The notes below the pieces were generated by a model that was not told where the DNA came from, ran no database searches, and was given only the letters and a program-made list of their open reading frames with translations. The translations under genes were made by a program, and so were the position numbers. Below, piece after piece: positions 48,391 to 60,029 of a stretch of 64,000 nucleotides of DNA (its first letter is position 1; each line of letters starts with the position of its first letter). This stretch comes from Psammoneis japonica (Eukaryota), in contig QPGO01000002.1 of NCBI GenBank assembly GCA_008632985.1, forward strand, positions 620,001 to 684,000. The letters are read 5' to 3'.

Positions 48391-50430
48391 TTGGGACAGA
48401 GGACAACAGCGCCAACAATTGAGCATTGTTTCAAATGTGAGGAGCTCTCTGATCGATCAGCTTTCGCAAGTGACGAACACGGTGATGCAAAAAGAGCACT
48501 TTAGAATGATCAAAAACACTGAGTTTAAGTGCAGTTTTGCAGCACCAAATTGCACTTCACAACCATGCATCAATTGATGCAACCATTCAAACTGAGGCCC
48601 TTTCAACAGAGAGCAGTGCCAAGCCTTCATCCAGAGAGCAGTGCAGATGTTGTTGAGGAGCAGGAACTGACTGACTTTTTTGCTCCCCCCATTGAGCTGC
48701 ACACCATGATCACAGCTGCAAAAAGGAACTCTGGAGAGGAGTTTAAACTGTGATGTTGTCAGTTTTCTTCTTGTGGTTTCTGGCTTTTACTTCATCGCAG
48801 CTTTTTGGAGCCTGTCTGGTGAGCACTGGCATGCAGTGACTCATTCCCTCAGCAATCTCTTTTGTCCAATCTCACTTCATGCTGCATGCTCAAAAATTGC
48901 TCCAGACATTTCCAGTGCTTCATCGTTGGTCTTCTCAGTCACCTCACACCATTTGACAAGAGCAACAATGCAGCATTTTGAATTGCATCACCCCGGCTTG
49001 AGCAGGACCTCTCTGACTTGGAATCACTGTTCACCTGCTCGTGTTCGTTGTCAAGAATCTGCGTCTTGTTAAAGACCAAATCAAGAACTCTCTCAATCCA
49101 CTGCTTGATGGAGATTGTGCCTTCTTCAGCCCCCACACCAAAATTCTGTCCCATGACTTGATTGAAGGCGAGTTCGCAGCATTCATTCATTGTGTTGAAA
49201 ATCTTCTTTTGCCACACTCGTCCTTAAATTCGTTGTTGGTCAGCTTCCGTCCACTCGATTCCCTGAGTGCCGCTTGGAGCACGAGTGTGGTGACAGTCTC
49301 TTGGTTGCTCTTGTTGCCATCAACCTCACACTGCAGAGAGAATGGTGTGACGTGATCTCAGATGTTGACTTCAAAGTGGCTTCGAACGCCCTTTGCCCCG
49401 CCAAGTTCAACAACAATGTGTGACTTCCATGTCCAGGTCGCCACTGAAAAGCGGGAGAGTTCTTGTGCCCACAATGTGCTGCAGCCCAATCTCAACGTCA
49501 TCCACATCTTCACTGACCAGGCGTTGCAGAACTGCAAGGAGAAGTGGCTTGACCATGACTTCGGCGACTCTGCTTGATTGTCAACTGGCGACGGTCCTCA
49601 TTCTTGATGGCCTCATGCACACCTGCTGCCTTTGCAATGTCCACAACCAAGAGAAAAAAATTAGCAAATGAATCATCCCAATCCCTGCCAGTGCAATCTC
49701 GCGGTGCCCACCATTGAGATTTTGAGACAGTTTCCGGCCCTTTCGCTTTCCTTTGAACTTGGCTGTTTTTGGCTCTTTTTTGCTTCCTGTGCCTTCGTTG
49801 AGTTTCTTGTGGAAACAAATGGTCTTCATTCAGCTGGCTAAAATCAGTTGCATTGCAGAGTCCTGCTTTTGCTTTTCTCTCCTGTGCCAACGGCGCCAGT
49901 TTGTCTCGGCTTCTGTGCGCCTGTTTTTGTTGTCGTCGCTTTTCTCTTTTCTGCAGTCGTCTTCAGTGTTTGCACCTGGCTGCTGGGGCCCTCTGCTCTA
50001 GAGCAGCCACTCTCTGTTCTCTCTCCAGGTGCCAGCGTGGGGCAGAAAGGAGTTTGTTTCTACCGCAAGCTGCCGAAGAGCACACCTGAGACCCAACAGC
50101 TGAAACAGCGCGTGATCCCAGCGTGATCAACGCACGTTACCGGTAAAATTCTTTGAAAAACTGATTCCATCCAATGGTGGCGATGTGTATCAACTAAACA
50201 GAGCTTATTCGCCACCAACTTTTCTGCTCAAGACTGAACATAAAATATATTCAAGCATGAATACAAATGAAATGGTTGAAACGTCACGGTGTATCTTCTT
50301 CGTGTCAAGATCCGAAGGCAAAAAGAACAAAGAAGCCCAACAAGTTGAATGAGTGCGGCATCTCTTGTTGGTGCTACGAACAATTCGACGCTTGGATCAC
50401 ATAAAGAATCTGTTGAGAGGTCTGGGTAGT

Positions 50431-52952
50431 ATGAGTCCTATGAAGTGGCTTGTTTTGGTAGTATCCGTTCATCTCTTTCTAAGAGTCGACGGATTCTCTC
50501 CGAGGACTGCCATCCAAGAACTGAAACCGTCTCACTCGTCAGGGACGAGATATGCGACGGGTTACGACACGGACGCAGAATATTCTCGTTGCCTCACTCC
50601 TAAACAGGAACGTGAACAAGTTATGCACGATGGTTTCCAGCTAGTCGACGAGCGACCAGTTTGGCAGAGAGCCATTGTGGATTCATTTAAAGCTGTCAGA
50701 GGCAAAGTTTTGCCGTCGAAAGTGACTCAGCCGGGCAATCTCATCATGGTGAGCTGCGGAGAATCCTGGTCCAGGCAAAATCTCACCTTCACGGGGTGGT
50801 CTGATCCCGATCTTACCCCAAAAGGTTTGCAGCAGTGTGAACATGCCGCTCGGTAAGTGAAATGGTGGTGTTCCAGTTCGTCGTGTTGGTCACTCCATAT
50901 TTATTCAATGCATCTATGCCTTTTCTTTATCCAGCCTTTTGCTCGAATCCGGTTACGAGCCAGATGTTGTTTTCACGTCCCGTCTAACACGAGCCATCCA
51001 CTCTGCATGGTCCATCCTTGGAGAGCTCAATTGTGATTATCTTCCGATTTACAAGTCTTGGCGTCTCAACGAAAGAATGTACGGTGCACTTCAAGGACTT
51101 AACAAGTTCGAAACCGCAAAGAAATTAGGCTCCGATGTAGTCCAAGCATGGTAAGGACGCCATCATGTTCTTGAGATACTCACACTTGTAGAATCGTTCC
51201 TCACTGTCATCAATCGCGTTCACGAAACTCTGTAGGCGTACCAACCCAAATTCTCGTCCTCCAGCAGTAAAGACGGACGATCCACATTTTCCAGGAAACG
51301 ACCGTCGTTATTTTGACCTTGAGGAAGAGCAAATCCCGAAAACCGAATCCTTGAACGAATGCATGGAGCGGACAAAACCTTTGTGGGAGTATCGGATATC
51401 GAAAGAGCTTCAGCGGGGAAACAACGTAATGGTTGTTGGACACATTAACTCCCTTCGTGGTCTTGTAAAGAATATCGATGGTAAGATGCACTTGCATGAT
51501 CTGGTATGAATGGGCAGAAGTCATACTCATCGCTTGCGTACGGATTTGTAGGAATTGCTGGCAAAGATATAGTCGGTGTTGATATTCCTCAAGGGATTCC
51601 TTTTGTTTACAAGTTTGATAAGGAAATGAATCCAGTTCCACCAAAAGAGGGTAGTCTTGTCGTGAAGCACTCGTCTGCTACGTTCTTGGAAAAGCCTGGT
51701 CTGTTGGAAGAAGCTTTGGAGCGACACATTAATTGGAAAGAACGCATTCCGGGGTCATCGGGCGATGACATCAAGGTGAAGCGCATGACGACTCTCGAAA
51801 AGTCACTTCTAACGCTCAAGGAAGAGCAGAAAGAGTTTTCTCGCATTGCTCCAAACGGTGATAACAAGGCGGGGGAGGAGGAGGAGAGTGACGATGGGAG
51901 CGAATTCGAAGAAGCCACCGGGGCACAGGTGGCAGACGACGTGGTGCCCAACATGATTGAAATTGACGGAAAGAAAGACCCAGTGGTTGTTTTCATTCGA
52001 CATGGTCGGACGCCTCATAATCAGCTTGCTCTCTTCACTGGCTGGGAGGATCCACCGTTGGCCAAGGACGGAGTTACCGATGCGAAGAGGGCGGGACAGC
52101 TTCTAAAGCAGCATGGGTTTGAGTTTGACGTAGTGTACTCCAGTTGGCTTAGCCGTGCGATTGAAACTGCCCATTATGTGCTTGATGAGCTCGACATGCA
52201 GTGGTTGCCTATAGTCAAGAGCTGGAGACTGAATGAACGGCATTATGGAGAACTCACTGGGAAAAGCAAAAAGATGGTTGGAAATATCTACGGAGAGGAT
52301 CAGTTAATAAAATGGCGACGCGGCTTCAACATTCCGGTAATCACTCCCTATTTTCCTAGTCTTGTGATGCCCGTCTCATTGTTTCTGTCAACTGACGCTA
52401 CCGCTTCTCCCTGCATTCTTCTCTACGTTATAACAGCCGCCGCAGACATCATCCTATTCATTCAGCTATCCCGGAAACGACTACAGAAGGACCAAATATG
52501 TAAAGGACATTCGAGTTTCGTTGAGAGAGACTCTCTTTCGTTCATTGGAGAAGGGAAAGCTTGAGATCCACAGAAAGTTTCCCAAGTCAGAATCGCTTAA
52601 AATGTGCATGGAGAGGACAATTCCCTTTTTCACAGAGCGGATAGTTCCAGAAGCTGTTGCCAAAGGGAAACGAGTCTTGATTACCAGCCATGAGAACGCT
52701 ATTCGAGGAATTCTCATGCATCTGTGCGAAATTCCCGAAGAGAATATGAATGATCTTCACCTACCCAACGGGTTGCCTCTGGTTTACAATGTGAAAAGAA
52801 AGTGCATTAGTTTGTTAGATGACGGCAGGGATCCAAAGGATATGCACGATTTTGGCTCTGCTGCGGAGTATCTGTTCAAACCTTGTGAGCTCCTCGAAGA
52901 AGATTTTATTGTGGAAGAGGAGGAGAAAGAAGAAGCTCTTGTAAAGGGATAG
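50431..52952 (+). CDS. Cofactor-dependent phosphoglycerate mutase with two PGAM domains, predicted plastid-targeted (six exons)
   Basis: Signal peptide followed by VDG-FSP. FTGW.DP.L, KSWRLNER.YG.L.G and P..ESL..C.ER each occur twice, but only domain 2 has RHG. GT-AG introns begin near 50853, 51151, 51481 and 52337; exon count is approximate. Confidence 0.88.
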
Positions 52953-53526
52953 GGAGAATCTAAAGCATTCCATTTACTACTACTTGAGACAGAGGGTATA
53001 ACGTTTCATAGCTACACAAAGAGTGTCACTGTGCTCTACCAGGTAGCACTCTCTTCCTCTATCTAGAGTAGAGCTGTAGAGAGGCTAGAGAGCAGCTACT
53101 ATTGTAGTGGAGCTACTCTAGTAGGAATACAAGCTGCAGTACTACTCTCTACTAGAGCCAGAGAGATAAGCTAGAGTAGTACAGTAGAGTCAGTGAACCA
53201 CATAACGTGCTGCAGCTCATCGGGGCAAAAAACGGCATTGGCCGGAAACTATCGTCTGTCTCCACTCTTCTGTGCAGTAGACAGTAGAGAACAATGGTGA
53301 GAAGCGAGCGCGCGAAGCAATGCGTCGCATTCGTCTGTGCAGTTTTTGTCGTGCGAAACGTCTGACATCGCTCCGCGTTTCGCGTTGGCCAGTCTTTCGA
53401 ATTTGATCCTGTTTGCTCGTCACTTTTTCACAAATTCATATCACAACCAAACTGTTCTCAATCCGCACCATCAGGTTGACACAAAAAATCGAGTTGCACG
53501 AGAAAGTGGAAACGAGAAAGATTTCA

Positions 53527-54192
53527 ATGGCTCCGAATGAAAAGATCACCTTTGCCACTGAACAATTCAATAGAGAACCTCCCGAAGAAACACCCACATT
53601 GGCGAAAGACCATGCCAATGGGCCAAGCAAGAGTAGAAGGGTGCGTTTTACTAACATGCCGCCAGAAATCAAAATATTCGATTCAATGATGGCAGCCAAA
53701 AATAGCATCTCCAGTCTGAAAAAACAAAGTCAGGTGTTGTTGTCGTCGGCGCCAGAAATGCTGATTCACGAGCCACGTTACAATCGATCGTGCCAACGAC
53801 TTGATGACGGCACAGCACAAGGGCTGTCTCGTTCTCCCAGCCATACTCGATCTCATCGAAGGGACCAGTCAGTCCGGGTTGTTTTTGACCCTTTTGGCGA
53901 GAGGCAAAGAATTGACACTTTGGGTTCAGGCATCAATCAAGGGGTGCTGTTCTTGGAAGATGTCCAGCAAGAGCTTCAAGGAATGAAACTTTTTGCCATG
54001 TTGACAAAAGACGAGGAACAAACAACTCCTTTTCCAAAAACGTACACGCAAAAGCGGCGCGGTGCTATAGTTCGCCATGCGTCAAACAAACGGCAGCGCC
54101 AAAACTCGTGGTCGCCTTATTCGCGGAATGAAAAAGTGGCAAGGACGGCCTATAGAGAAGCAAAGTATCGCAGTGCCACATTTCGACCATAA
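53527..54192 (+). CDS. Hypothetical protein
   Basis: ORF of about 220 aa in normal-composition DNA, with an RRVRF motif and no recognised domain. Confidence 0.5.
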   Translation: MAPNEKITFATEQFNREPPEETPTLAKDHANGPSKSRRVRFTNMPPEIKIFDSMMAAKNSISSLKKQSQVLLSSAPEMLIHEPRYNRSCQRLDDGTAQGLSRSPSHTRSHRRDQSVRVVFDPFGERQRIDTLGSGINQGVLFLEDVQQELQGMKLFAMLTKDEEQTTPFPKTYTQKRRGAIVRHASNKRQRQNSWSPYSRNEKVARTAYREAKYRSATFRP

Positions 54193-54509
54193 AGGGTTTC
54201 TGTAAGGCATGGTTTGAGGCTTTAACCGCGCAAAGAGCATGCAAATGCGTGCCGGTTGGCCGGTTGGAAGAAATAACTATACATAACTCGCTAAATAGCC
54301 ACCACACATTATTGCTGACGAAACTCGTGCCAAAGATTTTTTAAAACCTAACAATCCTTAGCAACACTCAACGATCGATGCTTTCGTTGAACTTCTTTCA
54401 ACACTGGCTCTCCTTTTCCTTCAGCGAAATGCGTTAATCTAAATGTCGGCCGCGTTCATCCTTACAGGGGATCTGGCGTCATAGTTGACGTGGTTTTATT
54501 GGATTTGCA

Positions 54510-55751
54510 TCATATTAATGGAGTTTCAGTGCGATATGAACTAGGCCGACCTCGCACGAGGACACAGCATGTGCTACTTGCAATATTGCACAAGTCGCTT
54601 ACTCTGTTCATCAGAATCGGAGCTTTAGGAGATGTCCAAATCTTATATGTACTTACTAACCTGGGGTTCTTAAGGGGTTCGTGCATTTTAACCCACTTCT
54701 GGAACCATGAAGCAGGCTCAAAGTTTTTGGGAAGTTTATCTTTCCAAGCACTAAAGATCACGTCCTTCAATGTGAATCGTGAATACTCGTTGATCAGTTC
54801 CATCGTGTCGGTGCTCGCGAATTCACTGTCAAGCAATCTATCGTGCAATTCGTCAGGAAAGTGCAAAGCTTGTTTCACCAACGCTTCGGTCTTTTTCGGT
54901 TTGGCTTGCAATTTGGATTCGGTCCGTCTCATCTCGTCTTCCAATTCGCTGATTTTGCGTTTCTGACGTGCATTCCTTCTCCTCATTTCCACTCCAGCAT
55001 AGAAAAGATGTGAAATAATATCACCACCGTTTGCAAACAGAGCTTCAACGTTGGTATCGCGGCGAGTCTCTGGCAACAAGAGGAACTTGACCGACCCCCA
55101 AATTCTCGATTTCGCAACGGCTTCTTTCTTCAGCAATGGAACCATCTTTGAGATTAAGTCCAAATCAAACAAATCTGGGAAAAGGCTAAGCAATTCTGCC
55201 AATTTGCGGAAAGCGACTCTTCGCGTGTTTGGGAGATTGTACAAGTCGCTTGAAGCTAGGCTGGAAGCAAATGTTTGGAAAATCCGACGATTTGCTTCCT
55301 TATGTGACACCACTGGTGAACGTTTAGCCCCAATGGGCGGAGGCTGGGTATTGTACTTGATAGACCTCAGATAGGTAGCAAGGACTTTGTCACATTCGTC
55401 CAACATAGTCTTCATTTGGAATTCGTGAAACCACGGAATCAGAACTTCAACATTGTCGCTTGTGATCTTTGCCGCGCCCGCCGTCTCGGGATTAATGAAG
55501 GAATAAAAGAGCTTCCACTCCTCGGGGTCCTTGTCGGGGAAGGCAATCCTCGATTCTTCGCTCTCCTTCATACCGCTGGCGAGCATCGTGTCAAAGTATT
55601 CGCTGGCATAACTCAAGACTACTTTGTAACACGGAAATTCGGTGGCATCTTTTCCGACAACAACCACAACGTCGGGATCCTGGATACGGAGCCGTTTTGC
55701 CGGTGGAGGATTACCTGTTTGATCGTCTGTGTTGGGATTCTCTGTGTCCAT
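54510..55751 (-). CDS. BTB/POZ domain protein
   Basis: PDVVVVVG..EFPCYKVVLSYASEYFDTMLASGMKES..I.FPDKDPEEW..F. Confidence 0.85.
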   Translation of the reverse strand: MDTENPNTDDQTGNPPPAKRLRIQDPDVVVVVGKDATEFPCYKVVLSYASEYFDTMLASGMKESEESRIAFPDKDPEEWKLFYSFINPETAGAAKITSDNVEVLIPWFHEFQMKTMLDECDKVLATYLRSIKYNTQPPPIGAKRSPVVSHKEANRRIFQTFASSLASSDLYNLPNTRRVAFRKLAELLSLFPDLFDLDLISKMVPLLKKEAVAKSRIWGSVKFLLLPETRRDTNVEALFANGGDIISHLFYAGVEMRRRNARQKRKISELEDEMRRTESKLQAKPKKTEALVKQALHFPDELHDRLLDSEFASTDTMELINEYSRFTLKDVIFSAWKDKLPKNFEPASWFQKWVKMHEPLKNPRLVSTYKIWTSPKAPILMNRVSDLCNIASSTCCVLVRGRPSSYRTETPLI

Positions 55752-56101
55752 GTTGCGTTTAACGATGGGGAGAGTAATGACAGCGACGAAGACTTTGCCA
55801 TGTCGCTCTTCAGAAATACTGTAGATCTTCGCAACGGCAAGCAACAACTGAAAAAATCTTTTGTGCGATCTTTACAAGCCTGTCCGCCCGCCCCTCCCCT
55901 CGGCCCTTGGGTGCAAGTGCAGTGAGTGTTAGCGCGACTGGATGATTCTGTTCGCGAACACGACTGAAGAATCCGTCCGTCCTTCGCTTCGTACGTACCA
56001 GTTCCACAAAAATCGGCCATGAGCCATGACCCATTGAACATCATCTGAAGGCAGCGGCTACTCTAGAGAGAGCTCACAGTATGGAATGCCGAACAATAGC
56101 G

Positions 56102-58035
56102 ATGAAAGCACCCGTGTTCTTACAGTCAAAGAAGACTGGAAATACTTGGCGAAAATTGAGAGAAGCTGTCATCTTTTGTCTTGTTCTCGTTGTGTCGTTG
56201 GGTGCTACCGACGGATATTCGGAGGAAACAGGAAAAGGAGAGTCGTCTTCTGCTGAAAAGAGGGTTGCCATTATTGGTGGCGGTGTAGCCGGAACGTTTG
56301 CATCAAAGTACCTTACTGATTACGATGATGATTGCGCTCTGGCATCTGTAGACATAATCGATCCGAATCCGATCAGTCAATACACCCCGTTGAATCACAA
56401 CAAAAACATTGAAGAAGCGGGCGCGGATTACTGGCAGGGTTCTCGAGTAGCTTCAATACAACTAGGAGACGGAAGTCTAGTGGAACTGGGAGCGTCGATT
56501 GCTTACAAGGGCTTTCTTCACTTTCTTGAAATGATGGCTGGCGATGATACTCTGGAGGAAGGAAAACCCTTCTATACCGGAAAGGAAACGGGGTCGCTCA
56601 ACACGGGATTTGGGATTTACAATGGCAAAGGTCACTTTTCATTGCTCACGTCGAATTCGACGCCACTATGGTCCAAACTGAAAATGTTTTACCGTTACAA
56701 TGTTGATTTCATTCGTCTTTCGCGGGCCGCAAGCACAACCGAAGCCTCCTTTTCGCAACTATTCGAGCAACTCAAACGACAGGATGAAGAAACCTATTTT
56801 GAATCACCGGATGCAATGTGGGATGCGGTGGGTCTCCTACATTTGACCCGAATGTCCTTTGATGAGTATTTGGATTCGATTGGTGTGCTACGTGAATTGT
56901 CTTGGTGGAGAAAATATCTGCCCTATCAAGGTTCCTTGCGAGATGAGCTTGTCGCTGCGTTCAACTTTTGCAACTACAACCAGGACAACTCTCAGTTGAA
57001 CGGTAAGAGTGTGATTGGTTCAAGTCTTATCTGTATTGTAAAAGCGTGTTATTCTCATTACTCCCTTTGCGTTTCCTATGCTAATCTTGAATCGGATATG
57101 CAGCCCTGGTCGGTCTCGGGTCTTTTGCAACAGTCAAGGGTGGACTATTCAGCATTGTCGGAGGCAACCACAAGATACTTGGATCGGCTGTAGCCCAGGC
57201 CAATATGAATCATAAAGCTAAATGTGGTAGCAAACATGTGGTGCAGCACGTGCAAGAACGTGTGTCATCTGTGGTGGGTGGCTTGGACCGTCCGTTACAG
57301 GTATATGGTGCTTCGGGGGATCTGTTGGGCGATTATGACGTCGTCATTTTGGCAGCACCCATCCAACAAGCTCGGATATCCTTTCTGGTTGAGAGTCACA
57401 TGGATGGAGCCGTGCTTCAGCCAATGCCTTTGAATGGAATGATTGACGCAGATTCGGAAGATCATGATCCGCCGAAAGAGGGACACAATGTCCTCCCAGA
57501 CCCCCTTCCATCATTTGCGACTCGCACATATACCAGTGTTGTCACCACGGTTGTCAGTGGAGTGAACATGGAGGCGCTTGCTCAACACTTCTCACTTTCA
57601 GTCACTAGTCTCCCTAGATCAATATTGGCGACAGAGAAAGGAAAGGCTGCGGAAAACAACATTACTGCCATAACGCAGTTGTCGTCCACGGTGTACAAAA
57701 TGTTCAGTACCAATCAGCTCGATGAGAAAACATTGCTCGACTTGTTTGGCAAGGGCATTGTCGTGGAGCATGTGCAAATATGGGGTGGTCCGCATGGAGG
57801 AGCAACACCGGACTATCAAGGCGAAGGGTTGTCGATGAATTATCAACTTTATGATGCCGCACAGGGTCTGGATGGTCATCGGTCAGGCGCTCTATACTAT
57901 GCCAATGCTATCGAAAGCTCCTTTGCATGCATGGAACTAAGTGCGATTGGAGCCAAATCGGTTGCCAAGCTTGCAGCCAGGAAATTGGAGCTGGTTCGTC
58001 CGATGAAAACGGAGTTTCATTCCGATGAACTCTAG
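56102..58035 (+). CDS. Prenylcysteine oxidase / farnesylcysteine lyase (intron 57003-57103)
   Basis: RVAIIGGGVAG FAD motif, VELGASI, NYNQD..LN|ALVGL, FSIVGGN, LYYANAIES...CMELSAIGAK.VA.L. Start codon uncertain. Confidence 0.88.
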
Positions 58036-58771
58036 AGAGGTATCCAAATTCCATCAGATTCAATCCATACATTGCCACAGATGCTGCACTGTTAAACTCG
58101 CCTCAAAGACTTCCGTTTGGCGACCACTACAGTAGCTCGACCATTTCTCCATGGTATGACCAATGCTTAGGATGAAGCTAATCGGCTACGCGAGAGGGCC
58201 GACCGATTGACGCAGTTTGTGCAATGACAAGGTTTAGCCTACAAGCATCCTTAAAATACTTCGGATCTATAGTGCTGGTCTAGTTTCCCATCGAGTTTTG
58301 GAATCGTCACTATGAGAAACATTGTTCCGTCGGTCGACTTCCTAAATCATGCTTATCACTGCACTTTGCTACAATCCAAAACTCGCGTTCGAGATGGAGA
58401 TAGCTCTCGAGAGACTGGCAGGGCATGCGACAAACAGAAATTGTTGTGAGAGCCATTGGAGCCAGTGGCACCGAAAGTGTGTCGCTGTTGATTTTTTTGC
58501 TGAAAGTTGCTTCTGAAAAGTTTATCGGAATTTCGTCGTCTGAACCAGGTCAGCGTTCTGAAATGCGGAGAAAACTTCCTGGAAGACTCGTCATTTAGAC
58601 TCTGGGAAGGTCGCACTAGATTCAAGTGTTTCTCCCATGGCCCGTGGAACTACAGCAACGTGTAATTTATGTTAATTGCTTCTCTCGGATAAGCGGGATG
58701 TGGAGGAAAGAGTTTTTGGGTTGCAATGTATGGCACAAGGGTGATTTCTCGATATTAGAGTGTTACCGGTA

Positions 58772-59788
58772 CTAGTATCCCTGACGTTGATTGCGTTCGC
58801 GCTCAAGCCGCAAGCGATACCATTCATCAGGCTCAAAGTATTCGGGAAGCTTATCTTTCCAGTCAGTAAAGATGACGTCCTGCAATTTATCTCGTGAATG
58901 CTCGTCGATCTTTTTCGTCGTGGAGTCGCTGCCCATAGATTCCTTGAAGGCAGTTCACTGTACAATTCGTATGGAAACCGGAAAGCTCGTTTCACTAACG
59001 ATTCGGCCTTTTCCGCCTTTGCTTGCAAAAACCGGTTTTGTTTGGCCTTGTGATTCACTTTCACAGCAGCATGGAGAAGATGTGAAATCATACTACTGTT
59101 GGCAAACACAGCGTCAACGTCGGTAGTATCGAGAGTCCTTGGTAAGAGGGATTTGGCCGACTTCCAAGTAGTCGATTTCGCTACGGCTTCTTCCCTCAGA
59201 AATGGAACCATCGTCGAGATTATGTCGAAATCAAACAAATCCGGGTAAAATTGCAGCATTTGTACCAATTTGCCGAGAGCGGCTCTTTGCGTGTGTCGGA
59301 GATTGTACAAGTCGCTTGAAGACAAATGTTTGTAGAAAGTGCGCATTGACCTTGACGAAGAATTGAGAAAATCGATAGACCTCAGAGAGTCAGCAAGGAC
59401 TTTGTCACATTCGTCCAACATTGTCTTCATTTGGAATTCGTGAAACCACGGTGTGAGAACTTCAACATTGTCCTTTGTGATCTTTGCCGTGCGCGCCGTG
59501 TCGGGATCAATGAAAGAATGGAAAGAGCTTCCACTCTTTCGGATCCTTGTCGGGGAATGCAATCCTGGATTCTTCGCTCTCCTTCATGCCGCTGGCGAAC
59601 ATCGTGTCAAAGTATTCGCTGGCGCAACTCAACACTACTTTGTAACACGGAAATTCGGTGGCATCTTTTCCCACAGCAACCACAACGTCGGGATCCTGGC
59701 TGCGAAGGCGTTTTGCAGGTAGAGGATCACCTGTGTGATCCTTTGAGCTTGGATTTTCCGCTTTTCTTTTTAAATTATCCGCCTCCAT
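58772..59788 (-). pseudogene. BTB protein paralogue with two frameshifts (about 59520 and 58945)
   Basis: Homologous to 54510-55751 along its length, but the homology switches frame twice (KEWKLF / HSFIDP; YSELP / KIDEHSRDKLQDVIFTDWKDKLPEYFEP). Confidence 0.8.
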
Positions 59789-59834
59789 CGTGAAATCCGT
59801 GGGAAGCCTCCTGTCAACTGGAGAGTTGTTGTGA

Positions 59835-60020
59835 CAATTTGAGAGAGCTGCTTCGAAGAATCGCACCGAAACCAAAGAACAATCGTGTCACCCTCAGATT
59901 TTGACGCGACTCACCCTTCCACGCGCAGGCACTGAACAATTTGAGAGAGCGGCTTCGAATTACACTAAAACCAAAGAACAATCGTGTCACCTTGAGGTTT
60001 TGACGCGACTCCTCGCCTTT
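59835..60020. repeat. Two tandem copies of a unit of about 100 bp
   Basis: acaatttgagagagc.gcttcgaa..aaaccaaagaacaatcgtgtcacc..ttttgacgcgactc occurs twice. Confidence 0.85.
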
Positions 60021-60029
60021 TCCTGCAGA

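Larger units (their letters stand above)
42290..50130. mobile_element. TpA/CpG-depleted domain 4 (tandem arrays, gene fragments, unassigned TE relics)
   Basis: About 20 TA found by eye in about 7.8 kb. CpG is lost in the core and retained from about 49200 to 50130. Confidence 0.75.

Noticed and set aside
47800..48504. 234-aa ORF as a functional eIF6
   Set aside because: The N-terminal part is missing, there are internal frameshifts and conserved residues are substituted; it is treated as a pseudogene.
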